From an uncultured virus (IMG/VR IMGVR_UViG_3300016472_001095) (taxonomy: Duplodnaviria; Heunggongvirae; Uroviricota; Caudoviricetes): a stretch of DNA of 64,000 bases. This document shows, in pieces, positions 20,393 to 30,400 of this stretch (within the stretch, counting starts at the first letter, position 1; each line of letters starts with the position of its first letter). The notes under the pieces were generated by a model, which did no database searches, was not told where the DNA came from, and worked only from the letters and a program-made list of their open reading frames with translations. The translations under genes and the position numbers were made by a program. Where the stretch lies: the IMG/VR virus record IMGVR_UViG_3300016472_001095. One strand, written 5' to 3'.

Positions 20393-21540
20393 GAATTTTT
20401 AACGCAGTTATTAACTCTTTTACCGTCTTTTAATTTAGTACCTTGCTTATGATATCCCTTCCAACACTTCGGATCTAATCTACGTTCTTCGTTTTCAGAT
20501 TTTTTACCAGGAGCTTTATAACCCACCATTGGCTTATCTTTTATAGCATTAAACATACTAACCAACTTATCAACATCTACTTTATTTTCAGGGTACTTTG
20601 AATTATAAATATTAGCAAATTTAGATACTAACTGTGGGTCATTTTTCATCCATTCATAATAATCAACAAAAAATTCATAAGGGTCTAATTTATTTCTTAT
20701 CATTTCTTCCCGATAACCAGGGCCAAATGTTCTGTGAAAATAACTTACCCACATATTTGTATTCTTATCCTCTGCGTTTTCTTCTTTATGACCCTCTCTA
20801 GGATCTTGTTTTGCTAAATCGTGTATTTTAGAGTGAGTAGAGGGATGTTCTTTAGTTGGTTTTTTTATTTTAATAGGTCCTTTATTAATAAACTGTTTTA
20901 AATTCATGAATTGCTTGGTAGGCATTTCTTCATATTCATTCATAGGTACTACAATAAAACGATTTAACAATACAATCAACCCATCTAACATTTTTCTGTA
21001 TTCGACAGGTGTATGCTCTTTAGGATTACCTAATATGATTTGTGCCATTTTAATTATGTGTTCTGTTCTTGCCTCGTCGTTCGCTGCACCGTGTAATATA
21101 TCTTTAATTTGATTGGCCGCTTTTGCTAACCCGGACATAGGATCATAATGAAAAGCAGGTGAGACTTCTGCATCTCTACGCTTTTCATCCCTTTCATTCT
21201 CGCGATCTCTCATCTTATCTTCTGCACTATCTTCTGCATTCTCTTCTACATCAGGAAATCCATGTTTTTGATAATGACTATATTGTGATACTAATTCCAT
21301 AGGAAAGTCTTCATCATAAAACATGTTACTTGCAGCGCGCTCGGGGTTTTTATACTTATTGGTAACCCTCTTTACTAGCTCTTTGTGTGCTAGGCTTAAT
21401 ACTTTATCCTGACCCTCTCTAGTACTGATATCTATATCTCTAGGCAAGTAAGCTACGATTTCATAATCATATTTTAATTTGTTTTCATTTAAAAGGCTTT
21501 TTTGATAAGATTCAAATATTAATTGATTATCCGTATTCAT
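20389..21540 (-). CDS. Putative head-internal polyprotein-like protein
   Basis: DNQLIFESY leader, repeated EENAED linkers, C-terminal CWKGY...VNNCV. Confidence 0.6.
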   Translation of the reverse strand: MNTDNQLIFESYQKSLLNENKLKYDYEIVAYLPRDIDISTREGQDKVLSLAHKELVKRVTNKYKNPERAASNMFYDEDFPMELVSQYSHYQKHGFPDVEENAEDSAEDKMRDRENERDEKRRDAEVSPAFHYDPMSGLAKAANQIKDILHGAANDEARTEHIIKMAQIILGNPKEHTPVEYRKMLDGLIVLLNRFIVVPMNEYEEMPTKQFMNLKQFINKGPIKIKKPTKEHPSTHSKIHDLAKQDPREGHKEENAEDKNTNMWVSYFHRTFGPGYREEMIRNKLDPYEFFVDYYEWMKNDPQLVSKFANIYNSKYPENKVDVDKLVSMFNAIKDKPMVGYKAPGKKSENEERRLDPKCWKGYHKQGTKLKDGKRVNNCVKNS

Positions 21541-21553
21541 ACCTAATTACTTA

Positions 21554-22303
21554 TTATAGAGAAAGAATATTTTCCTTATAATATTCTACACATTTTTTTG
21601 ATTTTTCTTCATCTAATAAATAGAATCCCCCATACCTAATTCTATGAAAGTACTTATAACCAGGAATTACTTTTATTTTACTATTATTCTTTAACAAACA
21701 ATACATCATTAATGCACAGTCTCCACCACTACAGTTTTCAGCGCTTATTGTATCATTTATTATCCCTTCAAAATAATTTTTACAACTGTCAAGAAAATTA
21801 TTTTTATTAACAAAAAAATTGCATAGGTTTAAAAAATTATTAATTATATTATTTTTTTGTTTTATTAAAACTTTAATACTATCTAAATCTACTTCATTAT
21901 AACCTATTCCTATTTTAATAATTGAAGAATCACTGCCAAAGAAAAACTCATCAGGAAAATAAACTGTTTTTTTATTCTTTTCCTCTAAAATAAATTTATC
22001 AATCATTCCACTGTATGTAAAGTTATCGCTATCTAACAAATAAACCCAATCGTTTTTGCAATATTGTATTGTTAAATATTTATTTTTAAACCCGCCTACA
22101 TTAGTTTTATTTTTATAAATTTTTATTTTTTTAGAATTTATACTACCTATAATATTTTCTAATTTAGAAAATTCCTCATCAAGCGACGCATCATCATTAA
22201 TAATTATATCATCAATATATTCACATTTTAAAAGCGGGTCGAGTAATTCATTTATATATTGTGAAGTATTAAAAAAAGGTACAGCAACAGATATTTTTTC
22301 CAT
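21554..22303 (-). CDS. GT2 family glycosyltransferase
   Basis: ISVAVPFFN, INDDAS, WVYLLDSDN. Confidence 0.9.
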   Translation of the reverse strand: MEKISVAVPFFNTSQYINELLDPLLKCEYIDDIIINDDASLDEEFSKLENIIGSINSKKIKIYKNKTNVGGFKNKYLTIQYCKNDWVYLLDSDNFTYSGMIDKFILEEKNKKTVYFPDEFFFGSDSSIIKIGIGYNEVDLDSIKVLIKQKNNIINNFLNLCNFFVNKNNFLDSCKNYFEGIINDTISAENCSGGDCALMMYCLLKNNSKIKVIPGYKYFHRIRYGGFYLLDEEKSKKCVEYYKENILSL

Positions 22304-22308
22304 AAAAA

Positions 22309-23082
22309 TTATTTATTTTCCTTAAATAGCTTAAAATCAAAGACTTTTTCAAAAACTTTGGGGTCATTCTTATAGCCTTCTTTAGTTTCATCATTAGCAT
22401 TGGTTGTATATTGCCAACAAAAGTATAATGGATCTGGAGTTTTAAATCCATAAAATTTTAATACTTGTTTTTGAGTATCAACCACAGTTTGATCGTTCCA
22501 ATTATGTCCAATTCCTACAAACCCTGCATCTATATTTTCTACTATATTCTTCTCACCTAAAGTACTATGGCGGTTATCAATCCAGGTAAGTCTTTCTATA
22601 AGCTTTTGATAAATGCTATTGGCTTGACCCCACCTGATACTTGCAAAAAATATCACACAATCTGATTCAAATAAAGGTTTCGATATTTTCCATAATTCAT
22701 CATCTTTGTTGTTAATAGAAGCCCAACAACGATGGTAACCAGAAGGATTTTTATCTTTATCTTTTAAAACTGCATCTTTAGTACCACAATGATTACCATA
22801 CCTCGAAGATACATTACCCTCGCAACAATGAATAGTTAAGAGAGGAACTTCAATTAACTTTATATTTTTTTCTGCTAGTTCATTTCTTAAATGGTAAGCA
22901 AGTAATGTACTTTTAGGTTTATCATCTTTATGGCCTTCCCATCTATTTGAAGTTGTTAAAAATAAAATATTGTTTTTAGTTTTTAAATATTCTTTTAAAG
23001 CGTTAATATTATTTTGTACAGGCCTGGGTGAAGAATTAATCTTCTCCAGGATTACTTGAGAGTATATTTGTTCTAGGTTCAT
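22309..23082 (-). CDS. Flavodoxin-fold / iron-sulfur flavoprotein-like protein
   Basis: TTSNR..PKS, CCEG..HCG..RCW..DDEL..ESDCVIF..IRWG..QKLIERL. Confidence 0.75.
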   Translation of the reverse strand: MNLEQIYSQVILEKINSSPRPVQNNINALKEYLKTKNNILFLTTSNRWEGHKDDKPKSTLLAYHLRNELAEKNIKLIEVPLLTIHCCEGNVSSRYGNHCGTKDAVLKDKDKNPSGYHRCWASINNKDDELWKISKPLFESDCVIFFASIRWGQANSIYQKLIERLTWIDNRHSTLGEKNIVENIDAGFVGIGHNWNDQTVVDTQKQVLKFYGFKTPDPLYFCWQYTTNANDETKEGYKNDPKVFEKVFDFKLFKENK

Positions 23083-23267
23083 TGACAGTGATAGTTGAGG
23101 TAGCGCTGAGAGGCCTTAGCCGTGTGATTACCTTTATTTTTTTGTTTAGCTTTTAATGCTCTGGCTTTTGAACAGGTCATTTTACCTTTGACTTGACGTT
23201 TTAGTATGCCAGGTCTAACAGGATCGTGAATGCTCTTTTCAATTATATATTCTTTAAATGTTTTCAT
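23079..23267 (-). CDS. Small basic protein with capsid-targeting-like leader
   Basis: MKTFKEYIIE; RPGILKRQ..TCSKAR. Confidence 0.7.
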   Translation of the reverse strand: MKTFKEYIIEKSIHDPVRPGILKRQVKGKMTCSKARALKAKQKNKGNHTAKASQRYLNYHCQ

Positions 23268-23923
23268 ATCTTTTGTTTTCTTATTAAAATAAAATCTGTG
23301 TTATCATATATATTTAAACCAAACCCTGTCCCTGGGGTGTCTTTTCTTTGATAAGTAAATCCTAATTGATCTGCAAACTTCTTAATTAATCTCTCATAAA
23401 CTTTAGCTCTACTAACCGATTCCATATCTCTTGCGGGAATAGCATCAAAATTAAGATCACTATTTTGCATCTTTCCTCTCTTTCCTGCAGCTGAAAAAGA
23501 AACTAAATTAAGTTTAAATTTATTAATTATATCTTTTATGAATGCCATCGCATGATTTAATACTTGAGATACATTTGCATCACCCACCATAGAGATTGAA
23601 TCTCCATACCTGGGATGATTAAGTGTTTTAAAAGTTATTTCTGCAGCAGGTAAATGTTCAATATGTATTTTTGATAAAGCAGATTTTTCATTGTTAGATA
23701 ATTCTTTTCCTGGCTTCTGAGATCCAATAGAAGCGGTAAATTCATATGTAACGTTTTGACCGCTCTTTATAGGAATCTCTACATAGTATTTTACTTCAGT
23801 TGCTTTAAGACCGCCCTCAGGATCATAATCATCTATATCTAGTATCTCCCAATTAGATGTAGTGTTAATATTAGGAATAGACTGAAATAATTCTGTTAAA
23901 AAATAATCTTTAAACGTTTTCAT
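23264..23923 (-). CDS. Hypothetical protein with capsid-targeting-like leader
   Basis: MKTFKDYFLTE; FSA...SRAKVYERLI motif. Confidence 0.7.
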   Translation of the reverse strand: MKTFKDYFLTELFQSIPNINTTSNWEILDIDDYDPEGGLKATEVKYYVEIPIKSGQNVTYEFTASIGSQKPGKELSNNEKSALSKIHIEHLPAAEITFKTLNHPRYGDSISMVGDANVSQVLNHAMAFIKDIINKFKLNLVSFSAAGKRGKMQNSDLNFDAIPARDMESVSRAKVYERLIKKFADQLGFTYQRKDTPGTGFGLNIYDNTDFILIRKQKI

Positions 23924-24692
23924 TATTGATTAACTCCGCAAGTTTAATTACAGCTTCTACTTTCTTTTCTCTATTGTTACCTGCAGCAATAAATTGTTGT
24001 CCTAAGTTAAGAAATGCTTTATTATGAGGAAAGCTATTCTTATACCCTCTCAAGAATAAAAATAAATCATCTACAATTTTAGCAAAATTAGAAGGGGTAT
24101 GAGATTTATAAAGAGGTATTATATATTGAGCTCTCTCTTTAAATATATTAGCTGTTTCTGGATATTGTTCTTCCATTAATTTTTCGACCCTTGCATCTTC
24201 AATTGTTCTTGCAAGAGTGAAGATTTCAGCGGCAAGCTTATGATTAACTATCTCTTTTGTTAAAATGTCTATTGAATATAGCTTATGAGCAATTTCGTGT
24301 AATATTATAATAGGTCCAAGCACTTTATTGAGTTTTGCTGGTACATGTATGTTACCACCTTCACCAGAAGCTGTAAACTTAATCATTACTCTATTAACTT
24401 TAGGATCTACAGTTATATATTTCTTAAAATCTATTGTTGGTACTCTATTTTGTAAGTCTTTTAATATTAAGTTGGTGTCAACCAAATCACCTTTAGTAGC
24501 TTTATCACATACATTACCAAAAGGACAGTCTTTACAATCACCCCACTTTAAATTAGTAGAAGATTGAGTAGAGGCGCCCGCAAGAACATCAGAAAGTACG
24601 TTTTGCTTGAAAGATCTATCTATAACATCTTTTTCTTGTTCAGGTTCTACACCTGCTAATGCTTCTTTAACAAAATCTTTAAAGGAAACCAT
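23910..24692 (-). CDS. HExxH metallopeptidase-like protein; start moved to MVSFKDFVKE
   Basis: LHEIAH...IEDARVE; TAAATA-N5-ATG at 24692. Confidence 0.7.
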   Translation of the reverse strand: MVSFKDFVKEALAGVEPEQEKDVIDRSFKQNVLSDVLAGASTQSSTNLKWGDCKDCPFGNVCDKATKGDLVDTNLILKDLQNRVPTIDFKKYITVDPKVNRVMIKFTASGEGGNIHVPAKLNKVLGPIIILHEIAHKLYSIDILTKEIVNHKLAAEIFTLARTIEDARVEKLMEEQYPETANIFKERAQYIIPLYKSHTPSNFAKIVDDLFLFLRGYKNSFPHNKAFLNLGQQFIAAGNNREKKVEAVIKLAELINNENV

Positions 24693-24829
24693 ATTATTAT
24701 TTATCGTTTTCTTTACAATATGTTGTGTATTAGAATACCTAATAACATAAATTAGACAAAACATTTTTCTAATGTTTTTAAGTTTCATCTGTCCAACATA
24801 TATGCTTGCAAATAACTCACTAGCAAAAA

Positions 24830-24924
24830 TAAATAGATTATATGAGGGAGAACCTCACATGCTAAGTTGCATGAGCGCTAAGAACGCTTTGAAGATGTTA
24901 AGCCGCACCTTGTGCGGCTTTTTT
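24830..24924 (+). promoter_or_regulatory. TAAATA promoter plus four-hairpin structured leader or sRNA
   Basis: TGAGG/CCTCA, CATGC/GCATG and AGCG/CGCT hairpins, then a terminator. Confidence 0.6.
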
Positions 24925-25467
24925 ATTGGTTGGTTTATGTTGTCCGAATCCAAAGCAGTCTCTTCAATTGTACTATATGATGATTCTTTTACTATCATGG
25001 TAAATAACAACCCTGTTAGTGATCGCTATCTATCTGCTTTGTGGGGAACATATAGTAATGGTATTTTTAATCCTCTTCCTGATGGTACTGGGTATGTAGA
25101 CCCCGGGGTAGATTTTCTTGAGATGCAAATTAGTTATAGCAAGATTGATAATAGTGATGTATTAGCTAACACCCAGCTTGCCTTAGCTATATATGATGCA
25201 GACTTAGTTAACTTTACAGCTGCACCTTACAACAGTTTATATGATAAAGCTGTTCTTACGGATGTCTCTTGGCGGGCTCCACCTTTTGATAATACACCTA
25301 ATATGGAATCGTTTGCTCTTACTTCAAATACAACAGCATTAGTCGGTACGTTTTCTTACAACGGTGGTAATGAAACCATAGGGGTAGTACCAGAACCATC
25401 AACAATACATCTAACCTTACTTGGTTTACTAGCATTAAGGAAAAAATTTTATGAAAACAACAAATAA
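24895..25467 (+). CDS. PEP-CTERM sorting-domain protein 1 (start uncertain)
   Basis: C-terminal VVPEPSTIHLTLLGLLALRKK; signal-like MLSRTLCGFFIGWFMLSESKA. Confidence 0.85.
   Translation: MLSRTLCGFFIGWFMLSESKAVSSIVLYDDSFTIMVNNNPVSDRYLSALWGTYSNGIFNPLPDGTGYVDPGVDFLEMQISYSKIDNSDVLANTQLALAIYDADLVNFTAAPYNSLYDKAVLTDVSWRAPPFDNTPNMESFALTSNTTALVGTFSYNGGNETIGVVPEPSTIHLTLLGLLALRKKFYENNK
24900..24924 (+). terminator. Intrinsic terminator-like hairpin at the 5' end of the PEP-CTERM operon
   Basis: AAGCCGCAC-CTT-GTGCGGCTT-TTTT. Confidence 0.75.
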
Positions 25468-26245
25468 AACTAAGGCTGGCTTGCTAGCTGCATTGCTTGC
25501 TATCTTTAGTCTAAATACAACACATGCAGCTGTACTTGGTGTAGAAACTGGCTCCAACTATGCCCCCGGTACTTGGATAGAAGGAGCTAGTAGCAGTGTA
25601 GGTACTTGGTACTTCGTAAATGATACATCTGCAATCATTCAAATTGGTGATTCTTCTCAAGGAGGAAGAACTAGTATTGGTGTAGATGCATTTAATTTTG
25701 TACCAGGTAATACTGCATGGAATCAATACGCTAATGGTTGGTTTGTACTAAATGGGGGCGGTCTTTTAGCAGGCCAGACTCTCTCAGTAGATGCTAACTA
25801 TTTGTGGAATGGTGGTAACCGAGGAGTTGAATTCATGTCAGGAAATACAGCTGTATTTAGATTACAGCAAGTATGGTCTGATGCAATCAGCTTTGCAGGT
25901 ACAGGTATCACTCAAACAGAAGTACTTGCTAATGCTTATCAACAAGCATTAACCTATTCTGTAGATCAATTAGATCAGCTCACTGTACAAGTGTCTGCTT
26001 ATCTGTATGGTAATGCAAATGCGTTGTTTACACAAACAGTTACAGTTCCTGATTATATTACTGGTATTCACTTCTATGCAGGTGATATACAAACTACTGT
26101 TGCAGATCAGCCTAATTATGGGTTGTTTGTTAACAACATTGAAGTTTCAGGAATACCTGAACCTTCTGCAGGAGCGTTAATTATTCTAGGAGGATTAGGG
26201 CTACTTGCTATGAGAACATTAAAAAGAAAGGAGGTACTTACATGA
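25451..26245 (+). CDS. PEP-CTERM sorting-domain protein 2
   Basis: Signal peptide ending THA; C-terminal GIPEPSAGALIILGGLGLLAMRTLKRK. Confidence 0.9.
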   Translation: MKTTNKTKAGLLAALLAIFSLNTTHAAVLGVETGSNYAPGTWIEGASSSVGTWYFVNDTSAIIQIGDSSQGGRTSIGVDAFNFVPGNTAWNQYANGWFVLNGGGLLAGQTLSVDANYLWNGGNRGVEFMSGNTAVFRLQQVWSDAISFAGTGITQTEVLANAYQQALTYSVDQLDQLTVQVSAYLYGNANALFTQTVTVPDYITGIHFYAGDIQTTVADQPNYGLFVNNIEVSGIPEPSAGALIILGGLGLLAMRTLKRKEVLT

Positions 26246-26898
26246 ATAAAATTATTCTAGCTATATTTGTTAGTTTAGGGTTAGCTACAGCATCTTATGC
26301 CAATACCATGTATGCAGTTGGTGTTGGTTTCAGTGTAGATGCTTCTAGTTTGGATGCTATTAATCAAGCAACTACTTTCTATAACTTGCTTGGTGATACC
26401 CATGGCCCAAACCCTGCTAACTCTCTGCCTGCCAACCTGGGTACTATTAATGTGAATACTGGGGGGCTGCTACAATTAGCTGGTTCAACTGCTAAAACCT
26501 GGCAATCATCTACTGATTCAGCTAATGCAGTAACATTATACTGGAGAATATATGAAACAGGAGCCGTAAATAAAGGTTCTTATAATTCATACAACGTTCC
26601 ATTTAGTAATTCATGGAATCCAGATGGTAATGTTAACAAGTATTGGGATGCTAATACTTCTGTTAACTTGCTACAGAATGTAACTGCTGGTACTATAGAA
26701 GCACCTAAAGTATACACAATAGAGATGTATGCTAAAGCTGACTTTACATGGTCCAATGGAGGAAGCAGTGGTAGCTTTGAAAGCTATGCAAGCAATGGAG
26801 GGGTAAATTATTTAACTGAATTTACCGCTGTTCCTGAGCCTTCAATTCTATCTCTGTTAGGTTTGAGTGGACTACTTCTTCTTAAAAGGAGAAAGTAA
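26242..26898 (+). CDS. PEP-CTERM sorting-domain protein 3, possible starch-binding fold
   Basis: Signal peptide ending SYA; AVPEPSILSLLGLSGLLLLKRRK; SNGGVNY motif; AAAGGAGG SD. Confidence 0.9.
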   Translation: MNKIILAIFVSLGLATASYANTMYAVGVGFSVDASSLDAINQATTFYNLLGDTHGPNPANSLPANLGTINVNTGGLLQLAGSTAKTWQSSTDSANAVTLYWRIYETGAVNKGSYNSYNVPFSNSWNPDGNVNKYWDANTSVNLLQNVTAGTIEAPKVYTIEMYAKADFTWSNGGSSGSFESYASNGGVNYLTEFTAVPEPSILSLLGLSGLLLLKRRK

Positions 26899-26900
26899 GA

Positions 26901-27461
26901 ATGAAACAGCTGACAGCTACTGCATTTTCTTTAGTAGAGATGTTAGTAGCTGTCAGCGTCATTCTTTTACTTGTAGGTCTTTCTTTTCCAGCTTACCAAC
27001 ACGTACAAGAAAAAACTAAAATTTCTAAAGTGCAGAATGTAGAAATGAGAGGTCTGTACCAAGCTGTACAGCTTTATAAATCTGAACATGGGTTGTTTAC
27101 TTGGCCTGCACCTAGAAAGGGCTATCCTTTTGATCACGAATATTATGCATGGTATGGGCCCCCTACCAGAATACAAGATAGTAAGGATGTATTGGTATTA
27201 CTTCGTCCTTATTATGGAGAAGGTATTAAAGAAGACGGTACATTAGAAGATCCTTGGAAGAATCAATATTCATTAAAATGGGATATAGATGGCTCAGGCA
27301 AAGTAGAGTATTACGGAAAAAACTTTCAAGAAAATGTATCAAGAGATTTTATTGTTGTAAGTTTAGGTAAAAATCAAAAGCAGGACGATCCAAACAAACT
27401 ACCTTTTGATGATGTTTATAGTTTTTGTCCATATAAAGATAAGAAATTATTTGCCAAATAA
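26901..27461 (+). CDS. Prepilin-type N-methylation protein (GspG-like pseudopilin)
   Basis: A|FSLVEMLVAVSVILLLVGLSFP, AVQLYKSEHG, DPWKNQY, VSLGKNQ..DD. Confidence 0.9.
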   Translation: MKQLTATAFSLVEMLVAVSVILLLVGLSFPAYQHVQEKTKISKVQNVEMRGLYQAVQLYKSEHGLFTWPAPRKGYPFDHEYYAWYGPPTRIQDSKDVLVLLRPYYGEGIKEDGTLEDPWKNQYSLKWDIDGSGKVEYYGKNFQENVSRDFIVVSLGKNQKQDDPNKLPFDDVYSFCPYKDKKLFAK

Positions 27462-27469
27462 ATATTAAT

Positions 27470-30400
27470 ATGAAAAGAGCAATAGCATTTTTCATTTCTC
27501 TTTTTATTTCTGTTAATGTTCAAGCTGAAGCTATGCTTCAGTACTTTAATACAAGCTGGGCTGAAATTACTGCTAAGCTTCCTGAACTTGCAGAAGTAGG
27601 ATATGATTCATTATGGCTTCCTCCCCCTGCTAAAGCAGGCAGCGCTTATTCTGTTGGATATGATTTATTCGATCCATTTGATTTAGGTTCAAAAGATCAA
27701 AGAGGATCTACATTTACTAGGTATGGTACAGAAGCAGAGCTGATTATGTTAATTGAAACAGCCCATCGCTTTGGTATTAGAGTTTATTTTGATAATATTA
27801 TGAATCACCGCGGATTTGACACACCTGGGTATACTTTAGATACGCCTCTTGATTTATATCCAGGAATGAGACCAGAAGATTTTCATTTAAAATTAATGCC
27901 AGATGGTACATATAGAAAATGGTATAATACTAGTGATTGGGGTAATGTATGGGAAGTTCAAAATAGAGGGTTATCAGATTTAATTGATATAGCTACTGAA
28001 ACAGGTGTTTGGAATAAGAATCATGGTCCTGAAGAAGGTTGGTGGACACAAAAAGTTAAATTCTTAAGACACCCTAATAACCCTGAATACTATTGTTATG
28101 ATGCAAACGGTAATTATGTAGGGTTTGGTTATGAGAATGGTTTAACAGTAGAATACCTTGCTGCCAATGAAGAGTATTATTCAGAGTATGTTGAAGAATA
28201 TTTAAATAGATCAGTTCGTTGGTTCATGGATAGAACAAAATGTGATGGCTTAAGATTAGACGCTGTTAAGCATGTGCCATATGATTTCTTTGGTGCATCA
28301 TATGGTGCAGATAGAGATTTTTCTGATTACGGTTATGTAGGTCAAGCACAAAGACAGTTTAATATTTCCAGAGGATTTGCAGATATCAATCACCGTGATT
28401 CAGTTTTTAATACAGACATAGGAAGAGATGATGCAATGATGTTCGGTGAACATCTAGGTGAACCACCTCCTTACGGTGATTATATAAATTCAGGAATGCG
28501 TTTAGTAGATAATATTCTTAAGAGTAATCTTGATAATAGACTGGGTAATAATTTAACAGGATTTGATACTCAAGGTTCAGGTGGTTTTGGTGCAGATGTT
28601 GCTGTGATGCATTCACAATCTCATGATAATGGTTGGTCAACTGACCGGCACTTACAACATGCTTTTTATTTTACAAGAGCAGGTCTTCCTTTAATTTATA
28701 CAGATGGTAATTACCATGCAGGTGTTTTAACAAATTCAGGAGGAGAGTTTCCTCGCATTGCAAATTCAGCTTTTTTAGGACAGTGGTCAGATCCTAGAAT
28801 TCCTAATCTTGTAAAAATACATAATAATTTTTCTAGAGGTAGTCAGAAAGGAATATGGTCAGATAATGATTATGTTGCGTACGAAAGAATAGATAGAAGA
28901 TATGGTGCTTCTTCTGATGCAACTGGAGTCACGGGTATTACCATGATTAATGGGAACCGATGGAACGGTAGATCAGCTCCTATTACTTCTTCTTTTCCTC
29001 CCGGTGCATATTTGTTTCAATATGCCACAGGTCCTAATGGCTCTGGTCAAGTAGGTTTCTACAAATATGCTAATGAACTTCGAAACGTCATTGTCCCTCC
29101 TAGTAGTTACTATATGTTTTCTTACCGAACACCTGAAAGACCCTTAATAAACAATGGATATAATGCTATAAACATACTAGAAAACGGCACAAACGTACCT
29201 TACATAAAAGTTAAAAGAAAAGATGGAACTAATGGAGATGCTGCTTTTAACCCTTACGGATTAACTGATACTAATACAACAGACTTCACTTATGAAACCT
29301 ATATTCCAATTGTAAGGTCAGGGCAAAATCTAAGCTTTTTAGTACAGTTAGATGGTTCTACAGAAAATGTATTGATAAAACTTGATGGTGGGGTTGACGT
29401 TAACTCTCAAATGGGATTAGGGTCAATGACAGATATTAAGAGAGATTATCCGCCAGGAACTGATGATATGTTCTTGGGATACGAACAAATGAAATTTGAT
29501 TATAGAGTAAGAGATAAATTTGCAGCTGCTAATGTTACTAGAAATATTGTAGGGTCGCAAGGAGCAGAAACTTATATTGCAAGAAAAGGAGTAAGGAGGG
29601 TAAGCTACAATAATGGTAATGGATCAAATGCATTCTTTACTCCTACTGATTATATCTATCATGATCCAAATGTTATTGCAGATGGAAGAAGACAATTTAC
29701 TAATAGTGCTTCTGGTGCTACTATTAGAATTAAAACTGGCGAATATTATAACAACGCAAAATTGTTTGTTTATTATACAATAGACGGTAGTACGTTTCCT
29801 GAAGGTTATGGAGGCGCGCCTTTAAATAACACAACAAGGGTAATTGAAGCTACAAAAGAGTCTACAGGTCCTAATGATAGTAATGGAAAACCAACTTATT
29901 GGTGGGTAGCTAATATACCTTGGCCTACTACAGAATTAAGATATAAAATCGGTGGTACCTATATGGATACTTTAGCAGTATTTCCTTCTGATGGTAATAT
30001 GGTTAGTATAAAAGGTAAAATGGTATCTCAATTTTCTATTACAAACTTCAATGCTACTACGGTTGAAAATTATGTACATAATGATTTTATGAGCAAAAGA
30101 GTTGGATTAGAAGAGGGTTATCATGTATTAAGAGCCAGAGCATTTTTAAAGGCACCGGGGTTTACTCCCTACTACAACACTTTTACTCAAGTATTTTATT
30201 ATGACTCAAAAGCACCTACCGGTCAGGTTATATTTCCTCGCGCAGGAGAAACTTTATATTCAAGTAGTTATGAGTTTGTTATTAAAACAGATAGCACTGT
30301 CAAGGAAATGTATTATAATATAAGAGATGCAAACGCTCTTAATGATGATGCAGCAACCGGAGAGGTTAACGGAAATGGTGTTCTTGTCAATTCTAATCGC

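Noticed and set aside
24693..24894. Track starts at 24788 (minus) and 24772 (plus)
   Set aside because: They overlap each other and the promoter region; downstream starts fit the promoter and signal-peptide evidence better
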